Positions 13,208-25,763 of a stretch of 49,120 nucleotides of DNA are shown here, piece after piece; position 1 is the stretch's first letter; the number at the start of each line of letters is the position of its first letter. The stretch is from Octopus bimaculoides. Lineage: Eukaryota. The stretch lies in assembly GCF_001194135.2 (NCBI RefSeq), contig NC_068981.1, forward strand, positions 186,459,292 to 186,508,411, read 5' to 3'. Made by a program: the position numbers and the translations under genes. The notes under the pieces are model-generated. The model saw only the letters and a list, made by a program, of their open reading frames with translations, did no database searches and had not been told where the DNA came from.

Positions 13208-13410
13208 GAAGGCGGTGAGCTGGCGTAATCGTTAGCATGCCGGGAAAAATGCTTAGCGGCATCTTATCCGTCTTTGCGTTTTGAGTTCAAATTCCGCGGA
13301 GGTCGACTTTTCCTTTCATCCTTCCGGGGGTTGATAAAATAAATACGAGTTGAGGTATTCGACATACCCCTCAAGGAACTTGCTGGATTTGAGCCAGAAT
13401 TTGAAATTAT
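13208..13410 (+). mobile_element. SINE family B
   Basis: GAAGGCGGTGAGCTGGCGTAATCGTTAGC head, GAGTTCAAATTCC B-box-like motif, GGTCGACTTTTCCTTTCATCCTTCCGGGGGTTGATAAAAT central domain. Confidence 0.85.
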
Positions 13411-13455
13411 TGCCTTTAATAGACAGGATAATGATGATGATGATTATTATTATCC

Positions 13456-13492
<37 letters not shown>

Positions 13493-14059
13493 GCTTTTTT
13501 TATCTTTACTGTTACTGTCCAATTAGTTTTAGCAACCTTTTTTCTTTAATACTCCCTGAATTAAATAAATTATCGCCACCAACTTTACAATTAGAATAAA
13601 ATTAATATTCCTTTTTTTCTTAACATATAATAATATGCTAATTAGTAAAGTTATAATTTCTCCAGATTTCCAGTTATTTATTTTTTTTTAATAGCTTTAT
13701 ATTAAATATTCCTTTCATGTTCCATATTTTTTCAAATTTTCACATTTTCTAACAAAGGAAAGTCGTTATTATTTCCATATATGGTTATAAAACAACAACA
13801 AAAAAATGCAAAAGCCTGATGGATCCGTATCATCTATGGGTTAAGCTTAACTAACTCCAATTCTTTATCTCCTATTTCGAAATAATCGGTTACATTTCAG
13901 TGTACAACTAGATAACTGGTATCTTCTGAACAGGAATCAATTAACTTTTCTGTTGCGTATAAGAATACTTGGCACAGATGAACGACAATCAAAAATACTA
14001 AACCGCTATTCAGAGCGCCACGTTCTAAATTGATCCTAAGAAACAACAGGAGAAATGTA

Positions 14060-14060
14060 C

Positions 14061-14131
<71 letters not shown>

Positions 14132-14142
14132 CAGCAGCAGTA
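14060..14142. repeat. (GTA)n microsatellite grading into (GCA)n
   Basis: Seen directly. Confidence 0.95.
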
Positions 14143-14199
14143 AAGTTGATTTATTATCCCAAAATATATTTGCTGGTATATATTTAAGTATGAGTATAT

Positions 14200-14234
<35 letters not shown>

Positions 14235-14238
<4 letters not shown>

Positions 14239-14365
14239 GCAGCGTGGAGGGTGTTTATAAGCCATTTAAAGACACACAAAAACTGTTAGATTCACTTCAA
14301 CGTTTAAATTTAATTTGTCAAAATATTTTCGTCGCTTTGAAACCGGGACCTGTTCACTGACAAAA
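14235..14365 (+). repeat. Unclassified dispersed repeat, copy 2
   Basis: Direct homology to 9968-10085. Confidence 0.75.
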
Positions 14366-14588
14366 TTCCGTGAAAGTAGCAGTTAGTTCGTATGTATGTA
14401 TGTATGTATGTATGTATGTATGTATGTATGTGTGTGTCTGTGTGTGTGTATGTGTGTGTGTGCAAGCATGTCTGTGTGTGTGTGTATGTATGCATGTATG
14501 TATGTGTGTGTGCATGTATGTATGTGCGTGTGCATATGTGTACATGCGTACGCATGCGTGCACGCCTATACGCATGTATATGTGTGTG

Positions 14589-14718
14589 TAGGTGCAGGGA
14601 TGGCTGTGTGGTAAAAAGCTTGCTTCCCAGTTACAGGGTTTTGTGTCCAGTGTCACCTTGAGCACCTGAAGGCTGTGCTCCAGCATGGCCGCAGTGAAAT
14701 TACTGAAACTAGTACAAG
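14589..14718 (+). mobile_element. Internally deleted family A SINE (head joined to tail)
   Basis: GGTGCAGGGATGGCTGTGTGGTAAAAAGCTTGCTTCCCA...CACCTTGAGCA is followed directly by CCTGAAGGCTGTGCTCCAGCATGGCCGCAGTG. Confidence 0.8.
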
Positions 14719-15067
14719 TGTTTTTGTCTGTCTGTTTGTCTGTCTGTCAGTGTATGTGTGTGCAGTTTATGTTTGTATGTATGTATGTATGTATGTATGT
14801 ATGTATGTACATACGAGCGAGTGAACAAGCGAAAAAGATATTACCGAACGACCGATAATATGGACGTGTACTACGTCCACAAACAAAAATCTGTATGGAC
14901 CAGAATAGTAATTGCAACTGTAACAGCTCTACTGGCGTTGCAAACCAACAGGAAATGCGCGATATGGGTCGGCTCCGAAAAAAATTAAATTAAGGGAGAG
15001 TTAAGTCACAAGAGACAACGCCTCGTTGCTCGAGAAATTCATCATGAAACCTATACCTGCTCCATAA

Positions 15068-15222
15068 TGCTGGTTTCAGATATTAGCACAAGGCCAGCAA
15101 TTTCAGGGGAGGGGCTAAGTCGATTACCTCATCCCCAGTACTCAGTATTTACTTTCTCGACTCCGAAGGCATGAAAAGCAAAGTCGACCTCCGCGGAATT
15201 TCGGCTCAGCGCAGTAACGATT
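15068..15222 (-). mobile_element. SINE family B fragment
   Basis: AGTCGATTACCTCATCCCCAGT...GGCATGAAAAGCAAAGTCGACCTCCGCGGAATTT is the reverse complement of the family B body. Confidence 0.78.
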
Positions 15223-15748
15223 CTACAAGCTCGGTGCTTTCTTGCTCCCGCGCAAGCCGCAGCTAGTGACCCATACATTACGCCATAATCTGGTGTTACA
15301 GCATGTGGCAAAACGTGAGGCAACGACCACAACTTAGGGGATCAATACAGGTGTTAATGCTTTACCATAGGGTTTAATATATCACATAGCATATAAGACT
15401 ATGTCCCACATAGCATATAAGATTTGTACATGCACATCTCTGTATGTACATTTCCTAATGTCACGTAATATTTTTGTAGTATATTTTGTAAGCAAGTTGG
15501 ACTCCTGTGGCAAATATAATGAAACATTTACTGTTATGATTATTGTATCAAATATGATATATTTGATGTTGTATTAAGAGGAAACACTTTGATAAATCGT
15601 GGTTAAGATCAACGATATATATTTGACAGTTTAAAAGATTTCAGTTGATAATATTGTTCATTAATTATAAAGAAAATGTAAGAAATCATTCTAATGAAAA
15701 CTGATGGGTGAAAATAGAACACCCACTCAAATACACACACACACACAT

Positions 15749-15785
<37 letters not shown>

Positions 15786-16014
15786 CACGTAGAACATATA
15801 ATGGAAGCATTGGGAAAGTGCACGAAAACTAAATGGTAGAGGTTAAATTGTATGTTCTACGTGTANNNNNNNNNNNNNNNNNNNNNNNNNNNNNNNNNNN
15901 NNNNNNNNNNNNNNNNNNNNNNNNNNNNNNNNNNNNNNNNNNNNNNNNNNNNNNNNNNNNNNNNNNNNNNNNNNNNNNNNNNNNNNNNNNNNNNNNNNNN
16001 NNNNNNNNNNNNNN

Positions 16015-16051
<37 letters not shown>

Positions 16052-18207
16052 GCGCATACATACATAGGACGTAAAAATGAATTACACACTGTATTTTGGT
16101 GTATGTGTGTAATTCTATTGAAACTTACGGTTAAAGTTACACTTGTATTCTCGTATGTAAACTGACTCAGTTAACTGCCTTGCCATTAGATCGTAATTAT
16201 GTGTACATGTCAGACCCACGCAGATTCTTTTAATCGAACCATACTAAGTATCAAATATATATATATATATATATATATCAGTAAAATATACTTGTAGCTA
16301 TTTCCCAGTTAAAAATGTTTCAATGGTCATCGCATTTTTCACCAATACTGCTAGTTGTCTCTGCTATCTAAGTTTCTATAAAAGTACTGCATCGTTCTGC
16401 TTAGCTTCTTATAATCTGTTCCTTAATTTGCGCATGACACGTGGGATTGTTGTACACATTTTGCAGTTCAATTTTTTTCTGGAGAAAAGATGGGACTCGC
16501 ATATAATCAATTTTATGTATCTACGTGCTGTCTTATAGTTTTTGTTTCTCAAGAATGTAATTTAATTTAGGCACACACATACACAGGCTATTGTTGAGGT
16601 CTTTTGCGAGTCGATTAACTATGCAATATTATTTGATAATTACATTTTAAAACCATCGTTCGTAAGGTTATAATACAAAATTTAAAAATTAAAATAGTTT
16701 TATTTTATTTGCATTAATTTTAACAACGGACGTTACGCCATTCAAAAGTTTCGCAAAATGACTGGCTCTACTGTAGGACCAGCGCAAAACCTTGGCTGTT
16801 GCGGATTGATGTCTATATAAATATCATTTTTTGCTTTCTTTACTTTCTATAAACATTTCACTTGGAAATGGTTATGATTTTCAATCTAGCCATTACTATT
16901 CAAACGCGACGAGAAACAGAATTCTATTTGTGGTTCATGAATGTGACGGATGCATATATTTTTGATACGCAAGGCTAATATGTTATCCGAAAGCTTCATC
17001 GATATCAGTGTATAACCTAAATAGATCTACATTTCAGGGATTTGCTTTCTTTTGAGGACATTTCCAAGTCAATTACACTGAAGAATGTATTTTCCAATTC
17101 AATTCAAAAATGTTAATATACACACGCTCTCGCATACACACATATGTGAGCATATATGTATGTGAGTGTGTATGAGTGCGTTTGCGTGTATACATTATTG
17201 GATGTCGAAACACACGAGTGCCCTAGCTTGGCTACAGCATCTCACTAGAATCAATAAAACAAGAAAAGAAAAACTGTGTGTGTGTATATATTCACACACA
17301 CATTGGTACAGATAAACCATTTGGGTCAGATACGAAATGCGAATACTCTTGAATGAAATCACAAGTACTTCCTATTGAAAGATTTAAGGTCTTAATTTAC
17401 GGCGATAGAAACTAGATTGTTGCTTTATTATCGAGATAATAACAAGATGGTTTAGTATTGAATGTTGGTCATTATATTGTATACAGCAGAAGATAGGAAC
17501 TGATAGGCATAGAAACGTCTGAACTAAGATGATTGCTATTATTGAATTCTTTCACATTCTAGGTTTGCAATAGCATATATGTGTTTTATTTACACTATTT
17601 GCAGAGGAAATATAACATAACAAATGCATAAACGAAGAAAAAACACACACCAAAAGCCATTAAAATGCAAAGAAATATTTGATCGATTCAGAAAAACCAA
17701 TCGCAATTGGAGGAGGAAGCTGATAAAAAGTTGCTTTTTATAGAAGCAAATATTCGATTGAGTCAAATCTAATAAAAAGCAAAAAGAAAAATGCTGGGAA
17801 CTATTTCTCCACCGACTACAATTCTCTTGTTGGTAACCTCTAGGGAATCTGAGGTAATAAATATGCCCATACCGAAAAATTACTTCAAATGTTGATTGCA
17901 TTTTGTAAAATAGTTTTCATTACATTACTAAATTTTTGTGAAGACTGAAAGTAGGCGAGCAAATAAAAGAAAAAAATTTCTCGTATTTTTAATTTATTTT
18001 TCTTACTTTTTTTTAGAGTATCTCTAAATTTGAAATTTTATTATATTACATAATCTATCGAGTTATGATTCAAATTAGAACAGACAGTGTGTGCGTGTGT
18101 AAATGTGTTTTGAGTACACTTTATACTACTTCTAAAGAAATGGTTTTGTGTCTTTGCACACACTCACACACGTGTGTGTGCATATATATATATAGAGAGA
18201 GAGAGAG

Positions 18208-18241
<34 letters not shown>

Positions 18242-18410
18242 GAATACATATATATATGTATATACATACTCACACACATGTATATATATNNNNNNNNNNN
18301 NNNNNNNNNNNNNNNNNNNNNNNNNNNNNNNNNNNNNNNNNNNNNNNNNNNNNNNNNNNNNNNNNNNNNNNNNNNNNNNNNNNNNNNNNNNNNNNNNNNN
18401 NNNNNNNNNN

Positions 18411-18447
<37 letters not shown>

Positions 18448-19175
18448 AATATACATGTATGTGTTTGTATAAGTATGTGTGTGTGTCGGTTTGTGCGTGT
18501 GTGTAGAATATATTCGTGCATTAATACTTACGGGAATGCCTATATACATACAGTTTAGCAGACACACAGCGCGCGCGCACATACAAACACACACACGCTC
18601 ACACACATACACTCACACACTCTCACACACACACACACACAACACTGTATTATTGATTTATTCAATGTTACATAGTTAATGACTACTTCCTTTGTAAATA
18701 ATTTCTTCCTTGATTTGTCTGTCCGAAATGGGGTTTTATTCAACTCCTTAGAGACACGATATCCTACCTAGCTGCCATCTTTAATTCCGTTTCTCCCTGA
18801 TGGCTCTTGAATTCTGTTAAGCTGCTAACAATGAGACTAACAATAGAACACGGCTTTAGAACGGTTTTATAGTTTTTCACTTTCCCTTTTCGTATTATAT
18901 TATCATTCAGTTTAGACTTTGATAAAATACATCGCAAAAATAAAGGCTTTTTATTCAGGTATTTCTGTCGACTGTTGTTGCTAAGTTTAGACCAAAACAA
19001 CACAATGCAAAATAGACGTAATATAATACACGTAATATTTTTAAACATTTCTTTTATCTATCAAATCCTATTAGTTTACAATCATTTACAATTGTAATGA
19101 TGCATCGGTGCACGCTGTTCTTGTACATACCTACATACATACAAATATATTAATTTATAGATACATATATATATG

Positions 19176-19206
<31 letters not shown>

Positions 19207-20024
19207 ATATATATATATATANNNNNNNNNNNNNNNNNNNNNNNNNNNNNNNNNNNNNNNNNNNNNNNNNNNNNNNNNNNNNNNNNNNNNNNNNNNNNNN
19301 NNNNNNNNNNNNNNNNNNNNNNNNNNNNNNNNNNNNNNNNNNNNNNNNNNNNNNNNNNNNNNNNNNNNNNNNNNNNNNNNNNNNNNNNNNNNNNNNNNNN
19401 NNNNNNNNNNNNNNNNNNNNNNNNNNNNNNNNNNNNNNNNNNNNNNNNNNNNNNNNNNNNNNNNNNNNNNNNNNNNNNNNNNNNNNNNNNNNNNNNNNNN
19501 NNNNNNNNNNNNNNNNNNNNNNNNNNNNNNNNNNNNNNNNNNNNNNNNNNNNNNNNNNNNNNNNNNNNNNNNNNNNNNNNNNNNNNNNNNNNNNNNNNNN
19601 NNNNNNNNNNNNNNNNNNNNNNNNNNNNNNNNNNNNNNNNNNNNNNNNNNNNNNNNNNNNNNNNNNNNNNNNNNNNNNNNNNNNNNNNNNNNNNNNNNNN
19701 NNNNNNNNNNNNNNNNNNNNNNNNNNNNNNNNNNNNNNNNNNNNNNNNNNNNNNNNNNNNNNNNNNNNNNNNNNNNNNNNNNNNNNNNNNNNNNNNNNNN
19801 NNNNNNNNNNNNNNNNNNNNNNNNNNNNNNNNNNNNNNNNNNNNNNNNNNNNNNNNNNNNNNNNNNNNNNNNNNNNNNNNNNNNNNNNNNNNNNNNNNNN
19901 NNNNNNNNNNNNNNNNNNNNNNNNNNNNNNNNNNNNNNNNNNNNNNNNNNNNNNNNNNNNNNNNNNNNNNNNNNNNNNNNNNNNNNNNNNNNNNNNNNNN
20001 NNNNNNNNNNNNNNNNNNNNNNNN

Positions 20025-20078
<54 letters not shown>

Positions 20079-20559
20079 GAGGAGAGATGGATAGATAGAT
20101 AGATATACATATATATAACATCTATATATAGCTCTCTATGTATGTATGCAAACTTATACGCTTATATAAGTGTTTATATAAACATATATATATATTGTAT
20201 GTGTGTATCAATGCATGGTTATTTTCTTGTATATTGTGTCGTATCGTATGAAGTAGTGAAAAGATTATCCTTGAGTGAACATTAAACGGATTATATATAC
20301 ATACATGTATGTGTGTATTTGTCTATGTATGTGTATATGTGTGTGTGTATATGTTGTTAAAAAACAAAAAACACGGCTATGTTCCACTATAATATTGTTT
20401 TATTGGTGTTTTATTGTATTTCCGCTCCAAGATATCTTTTATTTCGTCGTTGTCTCCTGAATCGCTTCTTAAATAGTGGTCGACATTTATTTTTCCAAAG
20501 TTAGATGACGGTGACTAAAACGCCTTTTACTGGTTCTTTTATTCAATTACACTTCTAAT

Positions 20560-20905
20560 AATTTTAGTTGTGGGACTGTGACAATGATAAAACACCTCCT
20601 TAAATTATTTTCTATCAGTTTTGTTGCCACTTTATGGCTAGAAGTTGGTTTATGTTTGAGTTTGTAGCTACAGATCTTGCTTGAGTGTATCCTTGGATGA
20701 TCCGGTACCGTGGTTAAGAGTGCATGCAATTTGTGTTTGAACGTTTCAGTAGAGGTTGCTTTTATATGTCTGATTTTTTTAGGAAGGCAGTTAAACAGTT
20801 GAGGACCTCTAGATATCGGACTGTTACAAAAGAGTCTTTTTGCGCGTGGTTTCGAAGGTGGTACATTTGGAAGATTATAGTATCTACCAGTTCGTGTAGC
20901 TTTGT
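20560..20905 (-). mobile_element. 3' end of a CR1-like LINE ORF2 plus 3' UTR
   Basis: RTGRYYNLP...FCNSPISRGPQLFNCLPKKIRHIK...FKHKLHALLTTVPDHP matches the typical C-terminus of CR1/Jockey-group ORF2. The exact clade is not determined. Confidence 0.75.
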
Positions 20906-22200
20906 GCACCTTGTTTCATTTTCAATATAGTGCACTTTTCTATCCCAAATTCTATACCTACGTCATTTGAGAAAATGCCGATAATATATATAAGACTTGC
21001 AAGCTGTTTCTCAATTTTTGCATAAACCTTTACATCATCCATCAAAAGGAGATGATTTATCTGACCATTTCCATTTCCTAAATCGTAAGCAATTTTAACT
21101 TTTCGTAGTATGATAGAGAGCTGTATCATGACCAATACGAATAGTAATGGACATAAGCTATCTCCTTGGAATATTCCACGCCTCATGTTCAGTTTTCCGA
21201 GCTTTTGTTTTCCTCCGATCAATTTCAGTATTCCAATGTTTCATACTTTCATTACACATTTTCTCCATGTTTTCTGCTATTCCAAACACGCTCATTGTTT
21301 TACTTATCCAACTGTGTGGTATCATGTCATATGCTTTTGTGTAATCTAGCCATGTTGCATTCAGTCCCGTCAATCTGCGTCTACAACTTTTAATTATAAT
21401 TTTATCAACTAATAACTGATCGTTTGTTGCCCTACTTTGTTTCCTGCATCCTTTTTAATTCTTCTGGAAGTAAATTGTTACTTTCCAGATGACATGACGC
21501 CGGCCATAAGGTTCAACATTAGTGGTAAAGAGGTTATAGATCGAAAATTTGATGCCAAGATCCCTTTCAGTGGATCCTTGCGGTGTAGCTGCGTTTGTTC
21601 ACATGTCATTCAGGCAGAGACGTGACACTACTTCAGGCAGTTATCCACTTGCGCAGTGATCCTTTCATGCTACTATGTACTCCATCCTTGTACTCCATCC
21701 GAGCCTGGTCCTTTCCAATTTGCTATTTTCTTTAACTTCCGCCTCACGGTTGGTCTATAGATTAATTCTGACATTCTTTTGTCTTGGTACACTTTCTAAC
21801 TGTCTTTCTACATTTGTTTGCCACTCCGCGCTTTCTTTATATCTCGCCGGCTCTGTTCCACAGCCTTCCCCAAAATTCTTCCGCATCTGGAATCAGTTCT
21901 TGGTGTTGGCTTCCCCTTATTTCATCAAATAGACACCTTCTATTTCATTGGAACAGTCTATTCTGCTCGAAACCATTGCATCTTGCATCGTATCATTTCA
22001 ATTTAACCTTTAATGCTGTCACCTTTTCTGTCAATTCTTTATGTACTGTTTATTTTCACCTTTCTTCTGATCTGTCCTGCCCATTTAATTTTATGATTAC
22101 TACCTTATTCTTCAGTTCACCTCTCATTATGATATTAAATTGCCCCAGTTCTTCCCTTGTCTTTTCTTGCTTCATTCGTATTCTCATCCTCCAGTTTGAT
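20905..22200 (-). mobile_element. R4/Dong-clade non-LTR retrotransposon fragment (pre-RT region and RT domain), degenerate
   Basis: Minus-strand motifs FEQNRLFQ, EEFWGRLW, KDPLKGILASNFRSITSLP, LLPEE-KGCRKQSRATNDQLLVDK, WLDYTKAYDMIPHSWI, RRGIFQGDSLCPLLFVL, HLLLMDDVKVYAK, DVGIEFGIEKC. Truncated at both ends. Confidence 0.88.
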
Positions 22201-22740
22201 TCTTCTTCTTCCTCTTCTTCTTCCTCTTCTTCTTCCTCTACTTCTTCCTCTACTTCTCTCTCTTTCTCCTTCTCTTTCTCCTTCTCTTTCTCCTTCTTCT
22301 CCTCCTTCTTCTCCGTCTTCTTCTTCTTCTTCTTCTTCTTCTTCTCCTTTTTCTTCTCCTTCTCTTTCTTCTCCTTCTTCTCCTTCTCCTCCTTCTCCTC
22401 CTCTTCCTCCTCCTTCTTCTCCTCCTCCTTCTTCTCCTTCCCCTTCTCCTTCTCCTCCTCCTTCTCCTCCTTCGTCTCCTCCTTCTCCTTCTTCTTTTCC
22501 TTCTTCTCCTTTTTCTTCTCCTTCTACTCCTTCTTTACCTTCTTCTACGTCTTTTCCTTCTTTTCCTTCTTCTCCTTCGTCTCCTTCTTTTCCTTCTTTT
22601 CCTTCTTCTCCTTCTTCTTCTTTTCCTTCTTCTCCTTCTTCTTCTTCTTCTTCTTCTTCTCCTCCTCCTCCTTCCTCTCCTCCTCCTTCTTCTCCTCCTC
22701 CTTCTTCTCCTTTTTTCCTTCTTCTCGTTCTTCTTCATCT
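22200..22740. repeat. About 540-bp (CTT/CTC)n polypyrimidine tract
   Basis: Almost purine-free on the plus strand. It generates the spurious S/P- and F/S-rich ORFs in the track. Confidence 0.95.
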
Positions 22741-23352
22741 TGCTATCGCAACAATAAGGATATATATCTTACATCATATGCAGCACACCGATGATTATAT
22801 ATACTCCTATATATATGGCATACATTATATATACATACATATATGTATGTATATAACAATAAATATATGTGTGGTGGTCGTCGTTTTCAGTGAAATGTAA
22901 ATCATTCCCTAACAATTAAAGTTGCTGTTGACGACGTTGTTATTGTTATTTTGTCATTTACGAAGCCATAGGATTTTCCACATTAATTGATAATCAAATT
23001 CGTGTTTAAAGAACGTGTTTGATGTTTTCCTGGTGTGTTATCATAGAAAACTAATGAAACAAACAATAGATATTAAGATCTAAGGATAAAATCGTTAGAA
23101 ATACATTAATTAAAATTAATAATTACTAACATAAGCACAAGGTCAAATATCTGGCGAAAGGTGGACAATCAAATAATTTGAGTCTATTACTTGACAAGCA
23201 TTTTATTTTATAAACCCGTGGAAGACAAATGAGAAAGTTGACGTCAGCGAAAATATAATTCGCAACGTACAATGCCTGGACAAATATCACAAGACATTTT
23301 ATCCAATCTCTAACCAAATTATCATTATTTTTAATTACAGTAATAAGCGTCG

Positions 23353-23490
23353 CTAATGTAAGGCACAAGGTTAAACCTTTGAAGGGGAAGAATTTAGACG
23401 ATTAATTTGATCCCCCGTACAAAAATGGTACTTGATATTATCGACTCTGGAAGGATGAGACAAACTAAACCTGGCTGGAATCTGATCTCA
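23353..23490 (-). mobile_element. SINE family B fragment, diverged
   Basis: GGCACAAGG...GGTACTTGATATTATCGACTCTGGAAGGATGA. Confidence 0.6.
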
Positions 23491-23491
23491 A

Positions 23492-23748
23492 TACTCTTTT
23501 ACTCTTTTACTTGTTTCAGTCATTTGACTGCATGCTGGAGCCATGCTGGGGCACTGCTGGAGCCATGCTGGAGCCATGGTGGAGCCATGCTGGAGCCATG
23601 CTGGAGCACTGCCTTTAGTCGAGCAAATCGACCCCAGGACTTATTCTTTGTAAGCCTAGTACTTATTCTGTCGGTCACTTTTGCCGAACCGCTAAGTTAC
23701 GGAGACATAAACACAACACCATCGGTTGTCAAGCGGCGATGTTGGGGA

Positions 23749-23834
<86 letters not shown>

Positions 23835-23967
23835 TATACGACGGGCTTCTTTCAGGTTTCGCCTATCAAATCCACTCACAAGGCTTTGGACGGTCTAAGG
23901 TGCCACGTAGTGTTACTGAACCCGGAACCATGTGGTTGGTGAGCAAGCTACTTACCACGCAACCACG
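23492..23967 (-). mobile_element. SINE family A, near full length, with an 11-bp repeat expansion in the tail
   Basis: All family blocks are present in reverse complement, with an internal (CA)n(TA)n tract and an (AGTAAAAG)n-like tail. Confidence 0.92.
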
Positions 23968-24059
23968 TTAAAGATGAAAGAAACCTTACAAAATGCTCCT
24001 TTTTTTTATCCGACAAGAGCGTTTCTGTCAGCACGCTGACTTAGTATCAGTAATGATGG

Positions 24060-24215
24060 CTCTGATTTAGGCACTCGTTATTTTAAGGAAATGGGGTTAA
24101 TTGAAATCATCGGCCCCAGAACCTATGTGGTACTTTATTTATATCTACCTTTGAGGCGGGAAGAGCAAAGAGGACTTCAACGATTTTGGAATTCAGAATA
24201 TAAAGAGCCGGGCGA
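24060..24215 (-). mobile_element. SINE family B fragment, diverged
   Basis: ATCATCGGCCCCAG...GGTACTTTATTT...GCAAAGAGGACTTCAACG...GAATTCAGAA. Confidence 0.55.
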
Positions 24216-24325
24216 TATATTACAAGGAGTCGGTGGGAATCAACGATCTGATACTGAACGTGGAATCTTACGTGGTCAACTGGTTATCAAATTTGTGCGA
24301 TGGATGTACAGATTTCCTAGTTTAG

Positions 24326-24872
24326 TCCATCCATCCATCCACTACACTTCTCTTCCCTTTGTTCCTTGGAGGATCGTGGTGGGTAGAGCCCTCAGACACC
24401 TCCACCATCGGGTCCTATCAGAAGCAATCGTCATTTCACTTTCCGGTTGGATTCCCAAGCACGACCAACTGCGATTATAGATATTATCCAACCATCTAAT
24501 TCTTGATCTGCCCCGAGGTTTCCTTCCGACTGGCTCGGCTTGAAGAATGCGTCTTGCAATTCTTTCCTGCGACATTTTTATCACTTATCCGTAGTAACAG
24601 AGTTGTGACCTCTCAATATGTAGAAGTAGCGACTCGATCTGAAGAGACTCCCTGGTCTCCGAGCTACGCACACTGTCGAATAACGTTACTAACACATCCT
24701 ACAGAGGAAGCCTGTTTTATCCGTTTGTATTCGCGATTGTATTCTTTCGCTTATTACCCAATATTCATGATCATAGGTGAAGATAAGCACTGGAACCAAA
24801 TTCAACCTTCCGTACAAAATGCCTTGCAATGTCAATTTTAATATTTTGAGTTCAAGTTGATCCGAAATTTTT
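24326..24872 (-). mobile_element. RTE-clade (Expander/Rex3-like) LINE, 5'-truncated 3' end
   Basis: TYDHEYWVISERIQSRIQ...SLLLHIERSQL...MSQERIARRIL...GRKPRGRSRIRWLDNI...LGI...DRTRW, ending in a (GGAT)n tail at 24326-24341. Confidence 0.88.
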
Positions 24873-25468
24873 CTTTCATTCTACTACTGCTGATAAAGTA
24901 ATTGCTAGTTATAGCTGAGTTATACCGAAATTATATCCTGGTGCCTATCATAGAAATCATTATACACCAAAAACTAAAAGAGATTATCGCACTATTTTCG
25001 TGTTATCAAAAGAGGATTTCTTTCAAAATAAAATTGAAAAATGTGGTTCTTTCATCTCACTTAATAACAAATTCAATTTTTAAAAAAAAACATCTAGCTA
25101 TATTTGTGTAGTTTTTTTCTATTTTTATCTTTAAATACAATTTCCTACCATAGTATTAATAAAACACACAAACTGGATTAATCATTCAGAAGTTTGGTTT
25201 TTGCTTTCGTTTTTGTTTTGTTTTTATTTCGCATTTTTTCGTATTTCTCTCTAAATCTTGGTCATCATCGTCATTATCATAAGCAGCATCACCATCACCA
25301 TGATAACCATCGTCGTTGTTGTCTTCGAAGTCTTCCTCATTTTCACCATCATTCATGATCATCATCGTCATCATCACCGTCATGATCATCCTCATCGTCG
25401 CCGTCGTCGTTGCCATCATCCACAACAATTATAATCATCCTCATTATCATCATCATCATCATTATTAT

Positions 25469-25763
25469 CTCTTTATCACAGGTTTTGTTGGCGCTCTTGG
25501 GGTCTTGCATGGGTAGCGGGCTTGCTACCCTCAGCCTACGGTACCATGCCATTCGCTCTTTTCGGCTATCTAATACTTTCCTGGTTATTCTGGCCATGCC
25601 AAGGAAGCAAACCTTTTGTAACAGTTCTACTGGGCACTCTGTTCCAATTTCTTTTATGTTCCCCTTGGGGCCTTCTGGTACTATTCCCAAGGACCCAACA
25701 GTAATTGGCACTGTCTTCACCTTCATTTTCCATAGCAGCACTATTTCGTACTTAAGAGGGTTG

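Noticed and set aside
13169-13423. 13-bp direct repeat TGCCTTTAATAGA as a TSD of the SINE at 13208
   Set aside because: The left copy is 26 bp away from the SINE head and both copies resemble generic family B tails, so TSD status is unproven.
17605-17853. Possible spliced exon (TTTGCAG acceptor, GAG/GTAATA donor, short ATG ORF MLGTISPP...)
   Set aside because: Stops occur in all frames in the 5' part and there is no recognisable homology. Such splice-like matches are expected by chance in 49 kb of AT-rich DNA. RNA-seq would be needed.
18766-18830. Minus-strand mini-exon candidate containing AAGATGGCAGCTAG/GTAGGA
   Set aside because: No downstream coding exon was found to join it to.
21784-22900. 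336-aa F/S-rich and 247-aa S/P-rich (extensin-like) ORFs
   Set aside because: They are stop-free only because of the CTT/CTC tract, and partly antisense to the R4 fragment.
23531-23606. CRISPR-like appearance of short direct repeats
   Set aside because: The units are contiguous 11-mers with no spacers, inside a eukaryotic SINE.
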